Shown here: in pieces, positions 21,428 through 31,707 of the stretch
Layout of the letters: each line of letters starts with the position of its first letter
Numbering within the stretch: the stretch's first letter is position 1
Origin: a virus
Lineage: Duplodnaviria > Caudoviricetes
Strand: one strand, 5' to 3'
Virus record (IMG/VR): IMGVR_UViG_3300017917_001910
Location: 32,001-96,000 of that record
Length of the DNA stretch: 64,000 bases
Notes under the pieces: generated by a model
Seen by the model: only the letters and a program-made list of their open reading frames with translations
Database searches by the model: none
Told to the model about the DNA's origin: nothing
Made by a program: the position numbers and the translations under genes

Positions 21428-22846
21428 TTATGCTATATTAGATATGTCTTGTTGGGTTGGTACTTTTATATTATTTGATGCAATCGTATTCATAAGATCT
21501 ATAAAATTTTTCTTTTTTTGCTGTTCATTACCTTTTAAAGAATTCATAATATCTTGAAAATGTGTATTATCTTTAATTTTATCACTATTCATCATTTTAT
21601 TATAATCTTTTTCAGTAAAATCACTTTTTCTAGCATCATATATATTTAACTTTTGTAACAAATATCTTACAGGCTGTAGTCTATTAATAAATTCAGTCGG
21701 AGTAGTAACATAATCAAATTCCCTACCACCAGATCTATATTCTTTAGATTGATTACCGCCATTAGTATATTTATAAATTTTTTCTTTAGTAGAAGCGGGT
21801 ATTCTATAACCCCCATCGTCGACTGCATGTCCTAATTCATGCGCTGGTATAGTCTCATATCCAGGAGTATTAAATCCTTTTTCAATATAAATATTCCCTT
21901 GTTTATCGTATTTTTTTTTATTTGAACTTGGCTCGTATTTATTCTTAACCCATTTTTGTTGTACATAATCCCATCTTTCTCCTTCATATTTTTTACCTAT
22001 ATACATTCCACTGAAATATCCTGGTTCTTTTCCTATTGCATTAACAAACTGCGTTTTATTTTTTACGCTTTGTAAATTATTAAGTCTAACATCTCTCTCA
22101 TTTTCAATCCATTTTTTATCTTTACCAGGAAATTCTTTTTGTAGTCTTTGTAAATATTGTGGAGATTGAAGATAGGAAAGCCACCAATTATATTGACTTG
22201 CTAATTCTTCTTTAGCATTTGGGCTTGTTTTTATTACAGTTTCAATTGCAGGTTCTTTACGTAAAACGTCTCTCTGCGCAGCGGTTAATGAAGGGCTACC
22301 TAATACTGCAGATATAATACCTAAAGTTAACATTCCTTGTTTAGCATATGATTTTAATTTATCTAATAAAGTGTTAAATGCTCCTTCATTTAAAGTGCTT
22401 AATAAATCATCTACAATTTTTTGTTCTTTATCAGATAATTCATTAGATTTTTCTTTTTCAAATTCTTTTAAATCTTGTGTTACTGGCATATCATTAATTA
22501 TTAGATCTGTACCACTCTCAAATCCAACAATATTACCTATCTTTAATATCTTACCACGAGAGTCTCTTAACATTAATTTAAGATTACCTTTAGGTTTAAC
22601 ATAATTATCTTGAAAAATTTCTATTATATCATCAACATCCCATTTACCTGTTATGGTAGTTGGTTTAGAATCTATATCAAAAGTAACTTCTTTTTTTGTG
22701 TTGTTATCAGTAACGGTCAATTGGTAGTCTTTATATGACTTATGTTGACCTTGTTTGAATTCTTCTAACTTTTGTTTATATTGAGATTCTGTAATGATTC
22801 TTGCTGTTCTTTGCAAGTCTAATCGTTCTTTTAAAGTTAAGTTCAT
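21428..22846 (-). CDS. Modular protein with a hydrophobic segment and a C-terminal HExxH zincin-like domain
   Basis: GMLTLGIISAVLG; IPAHELGHAVD...YVTTPTEF; N-terminus is paralogous to that of 20816-21412. Confidence 0.6.
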   Translation of the reverse strand: MNLTLKERLDLQRTARIITESQYKQKLEEFKQGQHKSYKDYQLTVTDNNTKKEVTFDIDSKPTTITGKWDVDDIIEIFQDNYVKPKGNLKLMLRDSRGKILKIGNIVGFESGTDLIINDMPVTQDLKEFEKEKSNELSDKEQKIVDDLLSTLNEGAFNTLLDKLKSYAKQGMLTLGIISAVLGSPSLTAAQRDVLRKEPAIETVIKTSPNAKEELASQYNWWLSYLQSPQYLQRLQKEFPGKDKKWIENERDVRLNNLQSVKNKTQFVNAIGKEPGYFSGMYIGKKYEGERWDYVQQKWVKNKYEPSSNKKKYDKQGNIYIEKGFNTPGYETIPAHELGHAVDDGGYRIPASTKEKIYKYTNGGNQSKEYRSGGREFDYVTTPTEFINRLQPVRYLLQKLNIYDARKSDFTEKDYNKMMNSDKIKDNTHFQDIMNSLKGNEQQKKKNFIDLMNTIASNNIKVPTQQDISNIA

Positions 22847-22880
22847 ATTAAATGATTTATTATAATTATCTTAAATCATG

Positions 22881-22907
22881 AAAAAAGCCCGCATTTTATT
22901 GCGAGCT
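22881..22907 (-). terminator. Intrinsic terminator
   Basis: AGCTCGCA-N6-TGCGGGCT then a T-run on the minus strand (one G-U pair). Confidence 0.7.
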
Positions 22908-22951
22908 AATTTCGGGGTAACTTCGGGAAAAGTTAATATTGTTATTATTTA

Positions 22952-23293
22952 TTATAATTCATTATTAGATTGGACTAATCCAGATTTAGCTAACAATCGT
23001 ATGATATCCTGACCGTTATTAAAAAATCCATTTAAATACTCAGCATTAAAAGATTCTGTTGTATCAAAGTCAGGTGCTTGACACCATTCTTGCATACCTA
23101 AAAAGAATTCTCTACCCTTCGGAGTAAATATTACATCATTTAAAGTTATTGATTCTTTAACTGGTTCTTCTTTTTCTTGTTTAGATTCGTACTCATCCAT
23201 TACTTCTTGAATAGTAGGTAATGGTTTGCCAGGTTTACGTTCCCATGCATATCCTTCTTTAAGAAGTGATTTTAGTTTTATTTGTTTTGACAT
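22952..23293 (-). CDS. Hypothetical protein with N-terminal IKLKSLLKE motif
   Basis: 113-aa ORF. Confidence 0.6.
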   Translation of the reverse strand: MSKQIKLKSLLKEGYAWERKPGKPLPTIQEVMDEYESKQEKEEPVKESITLNDVIFTPKGREFFLGMQEWCQAPDFDTTESFNAEYLNGFFNNGQDIIRLLAKSGLVQSNNEL

Positions 23294-23300
23294 TTTTAGT

Positions 23301-23672
23301 TTAACTTAAAAATCTTAATTTATATAATGTGCTTGTTATCAACGTAACAATATTATCTATTTCATTTTGAAGGTTTGAATCTTCTTTAACAGAGCCCCTT
23401 AAATCTTCAACGGTTTTTAATAATGCTTTAAAATATTTTATAGTATTAGCAGTATTTTCATAATTATTAAGAGCATAATTTTCATAGCTATTTATAATAT
23501 CATACTTACCTTGAAACGATTCTACTAACGTATCTACTAATCCAACTATTAAATCATAATATTCATTTAATGCTTTATGTTCAGCATATGATTTAGTTTG
23601 TAAATGAAATATATGTACCTGCGTAGAAGAATGTAACAGATATGAAATTAATTTTATAAATTCTTTGTTCAT
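23301..23672 (-). CDS. Ferritin/Dps-like four-helix protein
   Basis: QVHIFHLQTKSYAEHKALNEYYD...DTLVESFQG...NEIDNI...TLYKL. Confidence 0.7.
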   Translation of the reverse strand: MNKEFIKLISYLLHSSTQVHIFHLQTKSYAEHKALNEYYDLIVGLVDTLVESFQGKYDIINSYENYALNNYENTANTIKYFKALLKTVEDLRGSVKEDSNLQNEIDNIVTLITSTLYKLRFLS

Positions 23673-23743
23673 CGTTTATTGTAAATATAAATGAAAAATC
23701 TCAAAATGCCTAATGATTTTGTTATTTTTAAATTAAGTAAAAA

Positions 23744-24235
23744 TCAATAGTTAAGTATAGCATAATCATAGGTAACGGTAACTGTAATAGTAACAGCTTC
23801 TCCGTCATTCGCCCAATCCATTTCATTGAAGTTAGCATCTGAACACCAAGCACCTTTTAATACCCATTCTTCTACTTTATCACCTACAGGACCTAACATG
23901 TTAAATGTAACGTCTTTTTTATAGAAGTCACTATAACCATCACGACCTGTTACGCTTTCATGTCCTAGACGAATCCATTCCATTACTGCTTGAGCTCCTG
24001 AAGGAACAATTGGGTCATATAAAGTAATAGTGAGATCTTGCCAACGAGACTTACCTTTTACTTTTCTGTCTACGTTAATATGATCTAACGTTGTAACAGT
24101 TGATGTTAATTGAGGTCTTCCTGCTGCTTTAATAATAAAAGAAGGAATTCCTTCAATATACATGAAGAATCTATTTGTTTGTTTTGGTTCCCAACTCTGG
24201 AACATTATTTCAGCTGGGTCTAAAATTTCTGGCAT
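23744..24235 (-). CDS. Tail tube protein (T4 gp19-like)
   Basis: EPKQTNRF, WQDLTITLYDPIVPSGAQAVMEW, YKKDVTFNMLGPVGDKVEEWVLKGAW. Confidence 0.9.
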   Translation of the reverse strand: MPEILDPAEIMFQSWEPKQTNRFFMYIEGIPSFIIKAAGRPQLTSTVTTLDHINVDRKVKGKSRWQDLTITLYDPIVPSGAQAVMEWIRLGHESVTGRDGYSDFYKKDVTFNMLGPVGDKVEEWVLKGAWCSDANFNEMDWANDGEAVTITVTVTYDYAILNY

Positions 24236-24297
24236 AGTATTATATGTTTAAATTTGTTATTTATTATAATTATTGTTAAGTGTTAAAAACTAATGTA

Positions 24298-24924
24298 TTA
24301 TTTCTTACGTAAGAACGTATCTAATAAAACGCCTATTTGAGCTGCATGAGTCTTTAAACTATCATATGCTTCGTCACTTAATTCTTTTTTACGTTTTATT
24401 GATTCTGCTGAAAGAACTCCGATCATTTTGCCGTCAATATTCTTAAGAGCAAACATATATGAAGATTTACAGTTTGTTTCTTCTGCTAAATATCGTAGTC
24501 CGTAAGTAGCTGTTTCTTCATTTTTATAATCAGTGATAGTAATTTTATCATGATCTAAAAGTCTATTAATAGATTTACTAAATAAGTTTATTGGTATATT
24601 TTGAAAGTTATGTCTTATTGATTCTGCTTCAGCAGTTACTGCTTCGTAAATCATTGAAAACTTTTGAATAGATTTACCTGTAGGATAAAAATGTCCTCCA
24701 TTATGGAATTGAGTTATCCATACACGATCTAAACCCGTTTCATCTAAGATTTGATCTAATACTTTACAAATAATTTCTCCGTTTGCTGCCGCATCTTTAA
24801 TAGGGTCTTTAGTTTTTTTATGTTCTTGAAGATAATGCCTTACTATTAATATTAATATAGGCCCTAGAACACCGGTTAAGAACGCCGGTAATGAACTAGA
24901 TATGATATTTAATATACTTTCCAT
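24298..24924 (-). CDS. Membrane-anchored GAF-domain protein, candidate T4 T-like holin
   Basis: One N-terminal hydrophobic segment followed by a GAF-like region DRVWITQFHNGG...SSYMFALKNIDGKMIGVL. Confidence 0.5.
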   Translation of the reverse strand: MESILNIISSSLPAFLTGVLGPILILIVRHYLQEHKKTKDPIKDAAANGEIICKVLDQILDETGLDRVWITQFHNGGHFYPTGKSIQKFSMIYEAVTAEAESIRHNFQNIPINLFSKSINRLLDHDKITITDYKNEETATYGLRYLAEETNCKSSYMFALKNIDGKMIGVLSAESIKRKKELSDEAYDSLKTHAAQIGVLLDTFLRKK

Positions 24925-24949
24925 TGATTAATAATACAGTTCGTTAGAC

Positions 24950-25615
24950 TTAAGATATTTTAGTTAGTTGTGGAGTATATTTTGAGATCTTAACTCCTTT
25001 TAATTCAGGACGAGCTTTAATATCTTTAGACATTGAAAATGCTCCAGGCCCATTTAATTTAAGTATAAGATCATTTGGATTTCCTTTTGATGGAAGCATA
25101 GTTACTTTTACTTCTGGAAATTTTTTGCTTTTACCCGTTGTTAAGTTATCTAATAAAGCTTTAATGTTTATCATAGCTTCATCTCTATTTCCAGGAACTG
25201 TTAAACGATAAGCTACTGCTGTATCATAATCTACTGATTCAGATATTTTTGGCACTTTACCTTCTTCAGATGCCATTTTTGATATACGATTAAATACATC
25301 ATGATCTTTTTCATCCCATGTATTTTCTGGCTTCTTAGATAAAAAGAAGTCAGGCCCCATTAACTGAGCTATAATTTTATGTTTTGGAGTGGTATTAGTT
25401 TGTTCTGATATTACTTCTTTAATGACTTCTTGAATCATTTTAGTTAGCTCTGATTTTTTCATAGTATTAGTTTTACCTTCATTAGCATTTGCATATAATG
25501 CTTTTAGTTGAGCCTCTGCTTTTTTATGAGACATTGGTTCTTTTGAAAATTCTTTAGATGTTCCTTTTTTGAACACTTTATATCCTTCTCCGGATTTTTT
25601 TATTTCGTATGGCAT
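24950..25615 (-). CDS. Hypothetical protein (likely start MPYEIKK at 25615)
   Basis: The ORF-track start at 25699 overlaps the upstream gene; contains internal KKSELTKMIQEVIKEVISE. Confidence 0.6.
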   Translation of the reverse strand: MPYEIKKSGEGYKVFKKGTSKEFSKEPMSHKKAEAQLKALYANANEGKTNTMKKSELTKMIQEVIKEVISEQTNTTPKHKIIAQLMGPDFFLSKKPENTWDEKDHDVFNRISKMASEEGKVPKISESVDYDTAVAYRLTVPGNRDEAMINIKALLDNLTTGKSKKFPEVKVTMLPSKGNPNDLILKLNGPGAFSMSKDIKARPELKGVKISKYTPQLTKIS

Positions 25616-25641
25616 ATTAATTATTTTTATGTTTATTTTTA

Positions 25642-26013
25642 TTACCAAGCTTTGCAACTCCAGTAGCGTGCTTTCCAACGAGGTCCGGGAGTATCGCACT
25701 TATGACGTGCTCTGAATGATTTTCTTCTCGCAGGAATGTTTTTCTTTATTCTCATATTTGGGTCGCCAAAGTTTACTTTAACAACATTACCTTTATCGTT
25801 CTTAACATATACACTACGCTTTTTAGGGCCGCCTGGAGTTAAGAATGGCTTTCCTAATGATACCTTTCTTCCTTGATATTCAGCTTCTCCAATTATTGGA
25901 TTGGCTTTAAGCTCTTGAAGAAATTTAATGGCACATGAATTGCACATTGTTTGCTCAGATTCCATTTCTTCTAAGCATTCTCTTATTAATGATTCAAGTA
26001 ATAGTTTTTTCAT
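25642..26013 (-). CDS. Basic hypothetical protein (RKSFRARHKC...RYWSCKAW)
   Basis: 123 aa; C-terminal motif recalled from T4-like phage hypothetical proteins. Confidence 0.7.
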   Translation of the reverse strand: MKKLLLESLIRECLEEMESEQTMCNSCAIKFLQELKANPIIGEAEYQGRKVSLGKPFLTPGGPKKRSVYVKNDKGNVVKVNFGDPNMRIKKNIPARRKSFRARHKCDTPGPRWKARYWSCKAW

Positions 26014-26165
26014 CTTCCTTGACCTCTATATGGTTTTTTATAATATTTTGATTTTTTATTATTGCTCGTTCTTTTTTTAGAAACAATACCCGAGCGCTTT
26101 TTCTTAGCTTTTTTATGAAACGCTTTAATATTAGTTGAAGATTTTTTATCTGGTTTCTTTGCCAT
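26010..26165 (-). CDS. 51-aa very basic peptide ending KPYRGQGR
   Basis: Manual translation MAKKPDKKSSTNIKAFHKKAKKKRSGIVSKKRTSNNKKSKYYKKPYRGQGR*; ATGA overlap with the next gene; ATATTTAT motif at 26177-26184. Confidence 0.7.
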   Translation of the reverse strand: MAKKPDKKSSTNIKAFHKKAKKKRSGIVSKKRTSNNKKSKYYKKPYRGQGR

Positions 26166-26193
26166 TGATTTTTATAATAAATATCGTATGTAC

Positions 26194-26229
26194 AAAAAAA
26201 CAGCCCTATATTTTTTAGATATAGAGCTG
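26194..26229 (-). terminator. Intrinsic terminator after the tail sheath gene
   Basis: CAGCTCTATAT...ATATAGGGCTG followed by T7 on the minus strand. Confidence 0.7.
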
Positions 26230-26258
26230 CTCTTGTTAAGTTAGATTTATGTTATAAA

Positions 26259-29180
26259 TTAAGCAGGAAATTCAGCACCGGTTGGGGTTAGATTAAAGTT
26301 AATTACTATAAACTCCGCAGTTTTTGCCGGTTGTAAGTAAATATCACCTACTAATAAATTTCTGTCAATTACGGCAGGAGTATTATTAGTGTCATCCATT
26401 ACAACTTTAAATGCATATAATCCTTGTCTTTGTTGGATTGATTCTAAGTAAGGATTAACGATGCTTAAGAATCTATTTCTTGTTGCTGCGGTATTTTGTT
26501 CAAATACTAAGTATCTAGAAGTAGATGCGATATATTTCTTAACAGTTATTAATAATCTTCTTACGTTGATTCTATCTAATGCACTAGGCTTTTGTTGTAA
26601 GGTTTTTTGACCCCATGCACAAATTCCTTGACTAGGGAAAGAAGCAATTGGATTTACTTGATTTTCATATAATGTATCACGCTCTGAATGATTTAATTTT
26701 GTTTCAATATTAATAGCATCTGTAATACCACCTCTATTTAAACCTGCAGGTGCATACCACTCTGCTGCTACTGAATCATTATAAGCTAATACTCCTGGCA
26801 TTAATACGCTTGGCGGAACCCAAATAGGCTTATTAATAGAAGTATCTAATACTTGCATCCAAGGATAATATGTCGCAGCATAATTACTATCCATATTAGC
26901 TGTTTGATTTGCTGCTGTTGCAATACTATCTCCTTTAGCTGTATTATCAACGATTACAAATGTATCTTGACGTCCTTCTGCTGTTGATATCATATAATTT
27001 GCTACATATGGATGTAATCTTCTAATAACACCTGGAGCTAATAACATATTAATATCATATTCGTCTTGATTTGAAAGCATATCAAATGCATCTGTATATT
27101 TAATACTTCCGTTTGATGTTGCGGTTGATAAGTCATATCCGAATGAATTTGCGGCAGTAATATCACCACTAGATAATTTAACTCTAGCAGGACTCATACC
27201 ATCTGAACCACCTTGCATTGGAACTGTAAACTGAACGTTATTAGCAGTTGGGCCAGTAACACCAGTGATATCAACTCTTGCTTTTAAATCACCTGTATAT
27301 GTAAATCCTGAATTAATTGGCATTACTAAATTATCAACAACAAAATCTGAATTAATTGCTGATACTTCAATTGATGCTGATGTAGGAATTGCTTTTAAAT
27401 AATTAACATTATCTACTGCTCCAAAATCCCATCCTAAGAATCTATTAGATACATATGATTGATCAGAATCATTTTGAGATACTATATAAGATGCAGGAGG
27501 CATATTAGCATTTGTAAATCCAATAAACGTTTGTTTTAGTTTTCTAAATCCTCTAGGAGATAAAGTTTCGCTTACAGCTTTTGAATCTACTGCAGGATCC
27601 ATTTCTATTCTTACGTATTTAGAAACGTTATTGTAATTACCATACTCGACAACTTTATTTGTTGAAGTAACAAATTCTTTATACTTATCTCCAATTACAC
27701 GAGCAATATATTGAGGACTATCTGGGTCTAAATTAACGCCTCTATATTGTTCTAATATACTAGGTCTGTTATCAGTATCGCTATAGCTTCTAACTAATAA
27801 ATCAAATGTAGAATAACTACCAGAGCTAAATTCTCTTAAGTTAGTAATGCTAATTTTAACATCTGTATTAGTATCATTACCGTCACTTAAATGATGAACT
27901 TTAAATAAGTTTTGTGTTGTTTTAACACTAAAACCATTAAGACCTGATGTAATCCATGGAGTAGAAGCATGATTATAATCAGGGAATGTTACATTATATG
28001 ATGACGTTAAAACTGTTACTGTTGGTATAAATGATGTAGGCGTGCTACTTCCAGAAATTACAGGGTATACTACTTTTGTAGGAGTTATTGTTCCTAGGAA
28101 AGGTAAGCTAGTTGTATTAATGTTATATGTAGTATTAGAATAACTAGACCATACTATATCACCATTTAAATACATAGTAAATGTACCTGAGCCTGAATTA
28201 TAAGTAGTTAATGTTGGAATATAATCATAATATGATTCATTTAATATAGCTGGGTTGGATGTTGTTTCTAATCCAATATTTAAATATTGAGGAGAACCTG
28301 TTATAAAGTTAAACGACTCTATTGGCATTGCTGCTTTTATAGATGCTGTTGTTAACGTAGCTATAAATATTTCAGAATTTAATGCCCAATTTTGAGTAGC
28401 AGTCGGAGTAGATGACCATCCGCTTGATGCTGTTAAAAAACTATTACTAGTAGAGCTAGTTACTGAAAATGCGGTAGTATAGTTATTATTAGCTGTTCCT
28501 AATAAAGTAAAGCTACTTGAACCATTACTTACAGATACGCCATATCCATTTGCTATATTAGTACTAAAATCTTCAAACGTCACATATGAATAAATTCCAT
28601 TATTATAATTTGTATTACTTATTTTAGTAGAATCTGGAGTGCTTCCAATTACTTTACTAATAAAGGTAGTGTTTTGACGATTGATAGATACGGTATAAGT
28701 TTTAGCAGTTAAATTACTTCCTGATGCTACTAATGTGAAGTTATTGGAAATATTACCGCTTATTGCTGTTGATGCTCTTAAGTCAAAATTAGTACTGGTA
28801 TTGTTTTTTGCTGGATGTAATCCCGAAACAATTTGATATGTAATTGTTGACCCCGTTGAAGCAACTGCCACAGCAGCTAATTTATTTGTGTCTGTTGTAA
28901 ATGTCCAACCGCCATTACCTAAAATACGAACTACCATAGCAGAACTAGCATTCTTAAGATAATTTTTGATTGCATAAGGTATGTAAGTTTGAGTTGAATC
29001 TTCGCCTCCGAACATTACTTGATAGTCTTGAAAGCTTGTTACCTGCATTGGTACTAAAGCTGGCCCTTTTAACGTAGGTCCTACGAAGGCTGCTCCTATC
29101 TGAGCTATACCAGCGGGAAGAAACGATAGGTCGTTCTCGTTGGTAAATACGCCTGGGCTAATAATTCTTTCTGTTGCCAT
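26259..29180 (-). CDS. Tail sheath protein (gp18-like)
   Basis: IISPGVFTNEND, YYPW, VPPS, WYAPAGLNRG, WGQKTLQ, DRINVRRLL, LQPAKTAEFI. Confidence 0.95.
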   Translation of the reverse strand: MATERIISPGVFTNENDLSFLPAGIAQIGAAFVGPTLKGPALVPMQVTSFQDYQVMFGGEDSTQTYIPYAIKNYLKNASSAMVVRILGNGGWTFTTDTNKLAAVAVASTGSTITYQIVSGLHPAKNNTSTNFDLRASTAISGNISNNFTLVASGSNLTAKTYTVSINRQNTTFISKVIGSTPDSTKISNTNYNNGIYSYVTFEDFSTNIANGYGVSVSNGSSSFTLLGTANNNYTTAFSVTSSTSNSFLTASSGWSSTPTATQNWALNSEIFIATLTTASIKAAMPIESFNFITGSPQYLNIGLETTSNPAILNESYYDYIPTLTTYNSGSGTFTMYLNGDIVWSSYSNTTYNINTTSLPFLGTITPTKVVYPVISGSSTPTSFIPTVTVLTSSYNVTFPDYNHASTPWITSGLNGFSVKTTQNLFKVHHLSDGNDTNTDVKISITNLREFSSGSYSTFDLLVRSYSDTDNRPSILEQYRGVNLDPDSPQYIARVIGDKYKEFVTSTNKVVEYGNYNNVSKYVRIEMDPAVDSKAVSETLSPRGFRKLKQTFIGFTNANMPPASYIVSQNDSDQSYVSNRFLGWDFGAVDNVNYLKAIPTSASIEVSAINSDFVVDNLVMPINSGFTYTGDLKARVDITGVTGPTANNVQFTVPMQGGSDGMSPARVKLSSGDITAANSFGYDLSTATSNGSIKYTDAFDMLSNQDEYDINMLLAPGVIRRLHPYVANYMISTAEGRQDTFVIVDNTAKGDSIATAANQTANMDSNYAATYYPWMQVLDTSINKPIWVPPSVLMPGVLAYNDSVAAEWYAPAGLNRGGITDAINIETKLNHSERDTLYENQVNPIASFPSQGICAWGQKTLQQKPSALDRINVRRLLITVKKYIASTSRYLVFEQNTAATRNRFLSIVNPYLESIQQRQGLYAFKVVMDDTNNTPAVIDRNLLVGDIYLQPAKTAEFIVINFNLTPTGAEFPA

Positions 29181-29257
29181 TATTTGTTAAAGTTTATAAA
29201 TTTTGTTGGTTTGTGTAGAGAGAATCTTTCTACAAATATAATTATAGTATCTTAAGA

Positions 29258-29533
29258 TCAAACCTCCGAAATAAATTCACCTGACTCTAAATTTACAGTA
29301 CCTAGACCATATTTTTTAGTAAATGCTTCCTGAACTTTAGATTCTTGCTCTTTTAATTCTAAAAACACGCCTTGTAATTTAGAAAGCTCATCATCCATAC
29401 CAGATAATGCTAATGTTAAATTAATCTTCTCTAAGTGTATTTGACCTAGTTGAGCTGTTAATTCTAAATACTTGTTTTGAATGCTTTTTAATTCATCTAA
29501 CTCTTCTTGTGTTAGTTTTTTTGTTGTTGTCAT
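29258..29533 (-). CDS. Hypothetical coiled-coil protein
   Basis: 91 aa, ends KKYGLGTVNLESGEF. Confidence 0.65.
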   Translation of the reverse strand: MTTTKKLTQEELDELKSIQNKYLELTAQLGQIHLEKINLTLALSGMDDELSKLQGVFLELKEQESKVQEAFTKKYGLGTVNLESGEFISEV

Positions 29534-29534
29534 T

Positions 29535-29933
29535 TTATTGTTTTTCTATTAAGTTTTGTAATATAAATATATAAGCTTCTTCCGTTTCTATTTTTTCTAG
29601 TACTGAAAATGGAATTGGTTTATATTGAAGTTCTTTTTCTTGAGTAAGTAAAGTACTAAATTCTTGTTGGAATTGCTCAAATTTAGGATTGATGATTTCT
29701 TTTTCAGTATCTATATAATATGGTATAATAATATTACCATCTGCATTAGGAGTGCCGTATGTTTTAATAAGCTCATCTCGTAAAGATTCGATAATAGGTT
29801 TAATTTCTTGAACTTGTTTATTAAGTTCTAATAGCCAAAATTTTGTTGATAATGAAATCTTTTCATTAAGCAGTTTTGTTAACTCTTCTTCTAGTACGAA
29901 GATGTTTGTAAGTTGAATTTTTAATGTTTCCAT
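29535..29933 (-). CDS. Hypothetical protein
   Basis: 132-aa ORF preceded by a host-type promoter at 29949-29980. Confidence 0.6.
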   Translation of the reverse strand: METLKIQLTNIFVLEEELTKLLNEKISLSTKFWLLELNKQVQEIKPIIESLRDELIKTYGTPNADGNIIIPYYIDTEKEIINPKFEQFQQEFSTLLTQEKELQYKPIPFSVLEKIETEEAYIFILQNLIEKQ

Positions 29934-29988
29934 ACGTTATAACTTCTTGTAATATAATAAATTAAAGTAGTAAGTCCTAATTAATTAT

Positions 29989-30813
29989 TTAGTAATTAGA
30001 AGAACCGCTAGTGTTTTGAAGTTTTACAGGTTGCAACGGAATAGTTGTTTCATTAAAACTAACTACTACTTTATTAGCAGGTATTAATTTTTGAATTGTA
30101 GGTCTATTTCTTTCATCTTCATTAATTAAATAAGCTTTAGTAGTAAATTGAAACTTTGCTTTTACGAATCTATCACTTCCAATATCATTACTTAATTCAA
30201 ATGACGGAGATGAAATCATTGTTGGAAATTTTTGAGTATCTCCAAATGCTGTACCATTAAAAAACATAATTTGTTCTACTAACTCATTCATTTGTTCTAA
30301 GAATTCTGTCCAACAAATTATATCGTATGTTATATGGATATATCTCGGAATATCCATTGCATAATATTCTTTAATAGGTTTAGTGTTTGTTAAAACATCA
30401 AAGGGAGTATATTTATTTTTTGAAGAATATGTTCTTTCAAATATCCATTGATTTCCTTCATTCTTTAATACTTCATTCTTCATGTAATCTTGACGCTGTT
30501 CAAATCCAGTTCTGTTAAGAACAATTACAGGTGCCATGATCTTATCATTATTATCTCTTAAATATCCTTGAGTTTGAACTCCGCTCCATTTTTCTGGTGT
30601 AGCAAATAATACAGGTACTTTTTTAGTTCCTTGATTAGTGTTTATTTGAACTTGAATAACGTTCTCTAAATGCCATTTAATTGCAGCATCAACATCATAC
30701 AATCCAATTTTAACTGCACGCAAATTTTCGTTGTTAGCAACTTGATTTACACGTACACCCGGATTAATATTATCTCTGTATTGATTTTGTTTTTTTGTAA
30801 TTTGCTTAGCCAT
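29989..30813 (-). CDS. Tail terminator / sheath stabilizer (gp15-like)
   Basis: KVPVLFATPEKW, P-x-I-x-L-x-R pattern, ITYDIICWT...QMNELVEQI; next to neck genes. Confidence 0.6.
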   Translation of the reverse strand: MAKQITKKQNQYRDNINPGVRVNQVANNENLRAVKIGLYDVDAAIKWHLENVIQVQINTNQGTKKVPVLFATPEKWSGVQTQGYLRDNNDKIMAPVIVLNRTGFEQRQDYMKNEVLKNEGNQWIFERTYSSKNKYTPFDVLTNTKPIKEYYAMDIPRYIHITYDIICWTEFLEQMNELVEQIMFFNGTAFGDTQKFPTMISSPSFELSNDIGSDRFVKAKFQFTTKAYLINEDERNRPTIQKLIPANKVVVSFNETTIPLQPVKLQNTSGSSNY

Positions 30814-30817
30814 TTAG

Positions 30818-31342
30818 TTAAATATTTAAAGGTAAATCATAATCTTGATTATTGATACCATAGTTTAAATCTAATAATTGAAGTTGCGATTCTCTTACTT
30901 GATGCCCATTACACATAAATGATAAACTTCCACCGAAGTTATTACCTTTTATCCATGTATCAGGATTTTTTCCAGCAAAGTATTGGTTTTCTGTAGTATT
31001 GTCAATCTCGTAATATTTATCGTCCCAATTAATAATGTCGCCAATTTCCGGTACGATATTTAATGTTAACATTGTATCTCTTAAAATATAAAACTCAATA
31101 GCTACCATTGCATCAATACCGGCATCCGTTTGAACGGCATCATTAGGACTTCTGCTAATATAAATAGGTGTTCTTACTGGTTGATAATATACTTTAGAAA
31201 TTCCTTCTCCGTATAAATTAACACGAGATTGATCTAAGACGAATTTATAATATCCGACTTCTGTATCTACTAGTTTATAAACAAGCTCTCTGTTAAATTT
31301 TGTTACTAAAGAATAATCACGAGCTGAACCAAATAATGACAT
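30818..31342 (-). CDS. Neck protein (gp14-like)
   Basis: NLYGE, PEIGDII, YYEI motifs; gene position. Confidence 0.65.
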   Translation of the reverse strand: MSLFGSARDYSLVTKFNRELVYKLVDTEVGYYKFVLDQSRVNLYGEGISKVYYQPVRTPIYISRSPNDAVQTDAGIDAMVAIEFYILRDTMLTLNIVPEIGDIINWDDKYYEIDNTTENQYFAGKNPDTWIKGNNFGGSLSFMCNGHQVRESQLQLLDLNYGINNQDYDLPLNI

Positions 31343-31343
31343 T

Positions 31344-31706
31344 TTATTTTCTTTCTATTAATTGTATTGTATCTTCTCTTGCAATAAGACCGACTAGACC
31401 ATGTACTTTATACTTGCCAGTATCTCCTAATCCTTTTGTTGCCGTTTCTCTAATATCATTTAAAGAATCTAAAGGCGTTTCTTTATATGATAAAAACTTT
31501 ATTTTTAATTGAGCATAATCATATAACTCATTACTTCGTTTCTCAATAAAATCAGAATGCTTTGGCTGTGCAGTAACAATATATGGTATTGCTCTTATTT
31601 CATCGTATGCATCTGATAATTTAGTTCTTTCCTTTTTTATTTTTACAATTGCCATACATTCGTAAAAATCTAAAGTTTCTTCTTTAAGTATAATTTTGTG
31701 TTTCAT
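31344..31706 (-). CDS. Hypothetical protein (likely start MKHKIILKE)
   Basis: ATG at 31706 directly follows the gp13-like stop. Confidence 0.6.
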   Translation of the reverse strand: MKHKIILKEETLDFYECMAIVKIKKERTKLSDAYDEIRAIPYIVTAQPKHSDFIEKRSNELYDYAQLKIKFLSYKETPLDSLNDIRETATKGLGDTGKYKVHGLVGLIAREDTIQLIERK

Positions 31707-31707
31707 T

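Noticed and set aside
22911-22927. TTCGGG direct repeat beside a terminator
   Set aside because: Only two 6-nt copies, too little to assign a function
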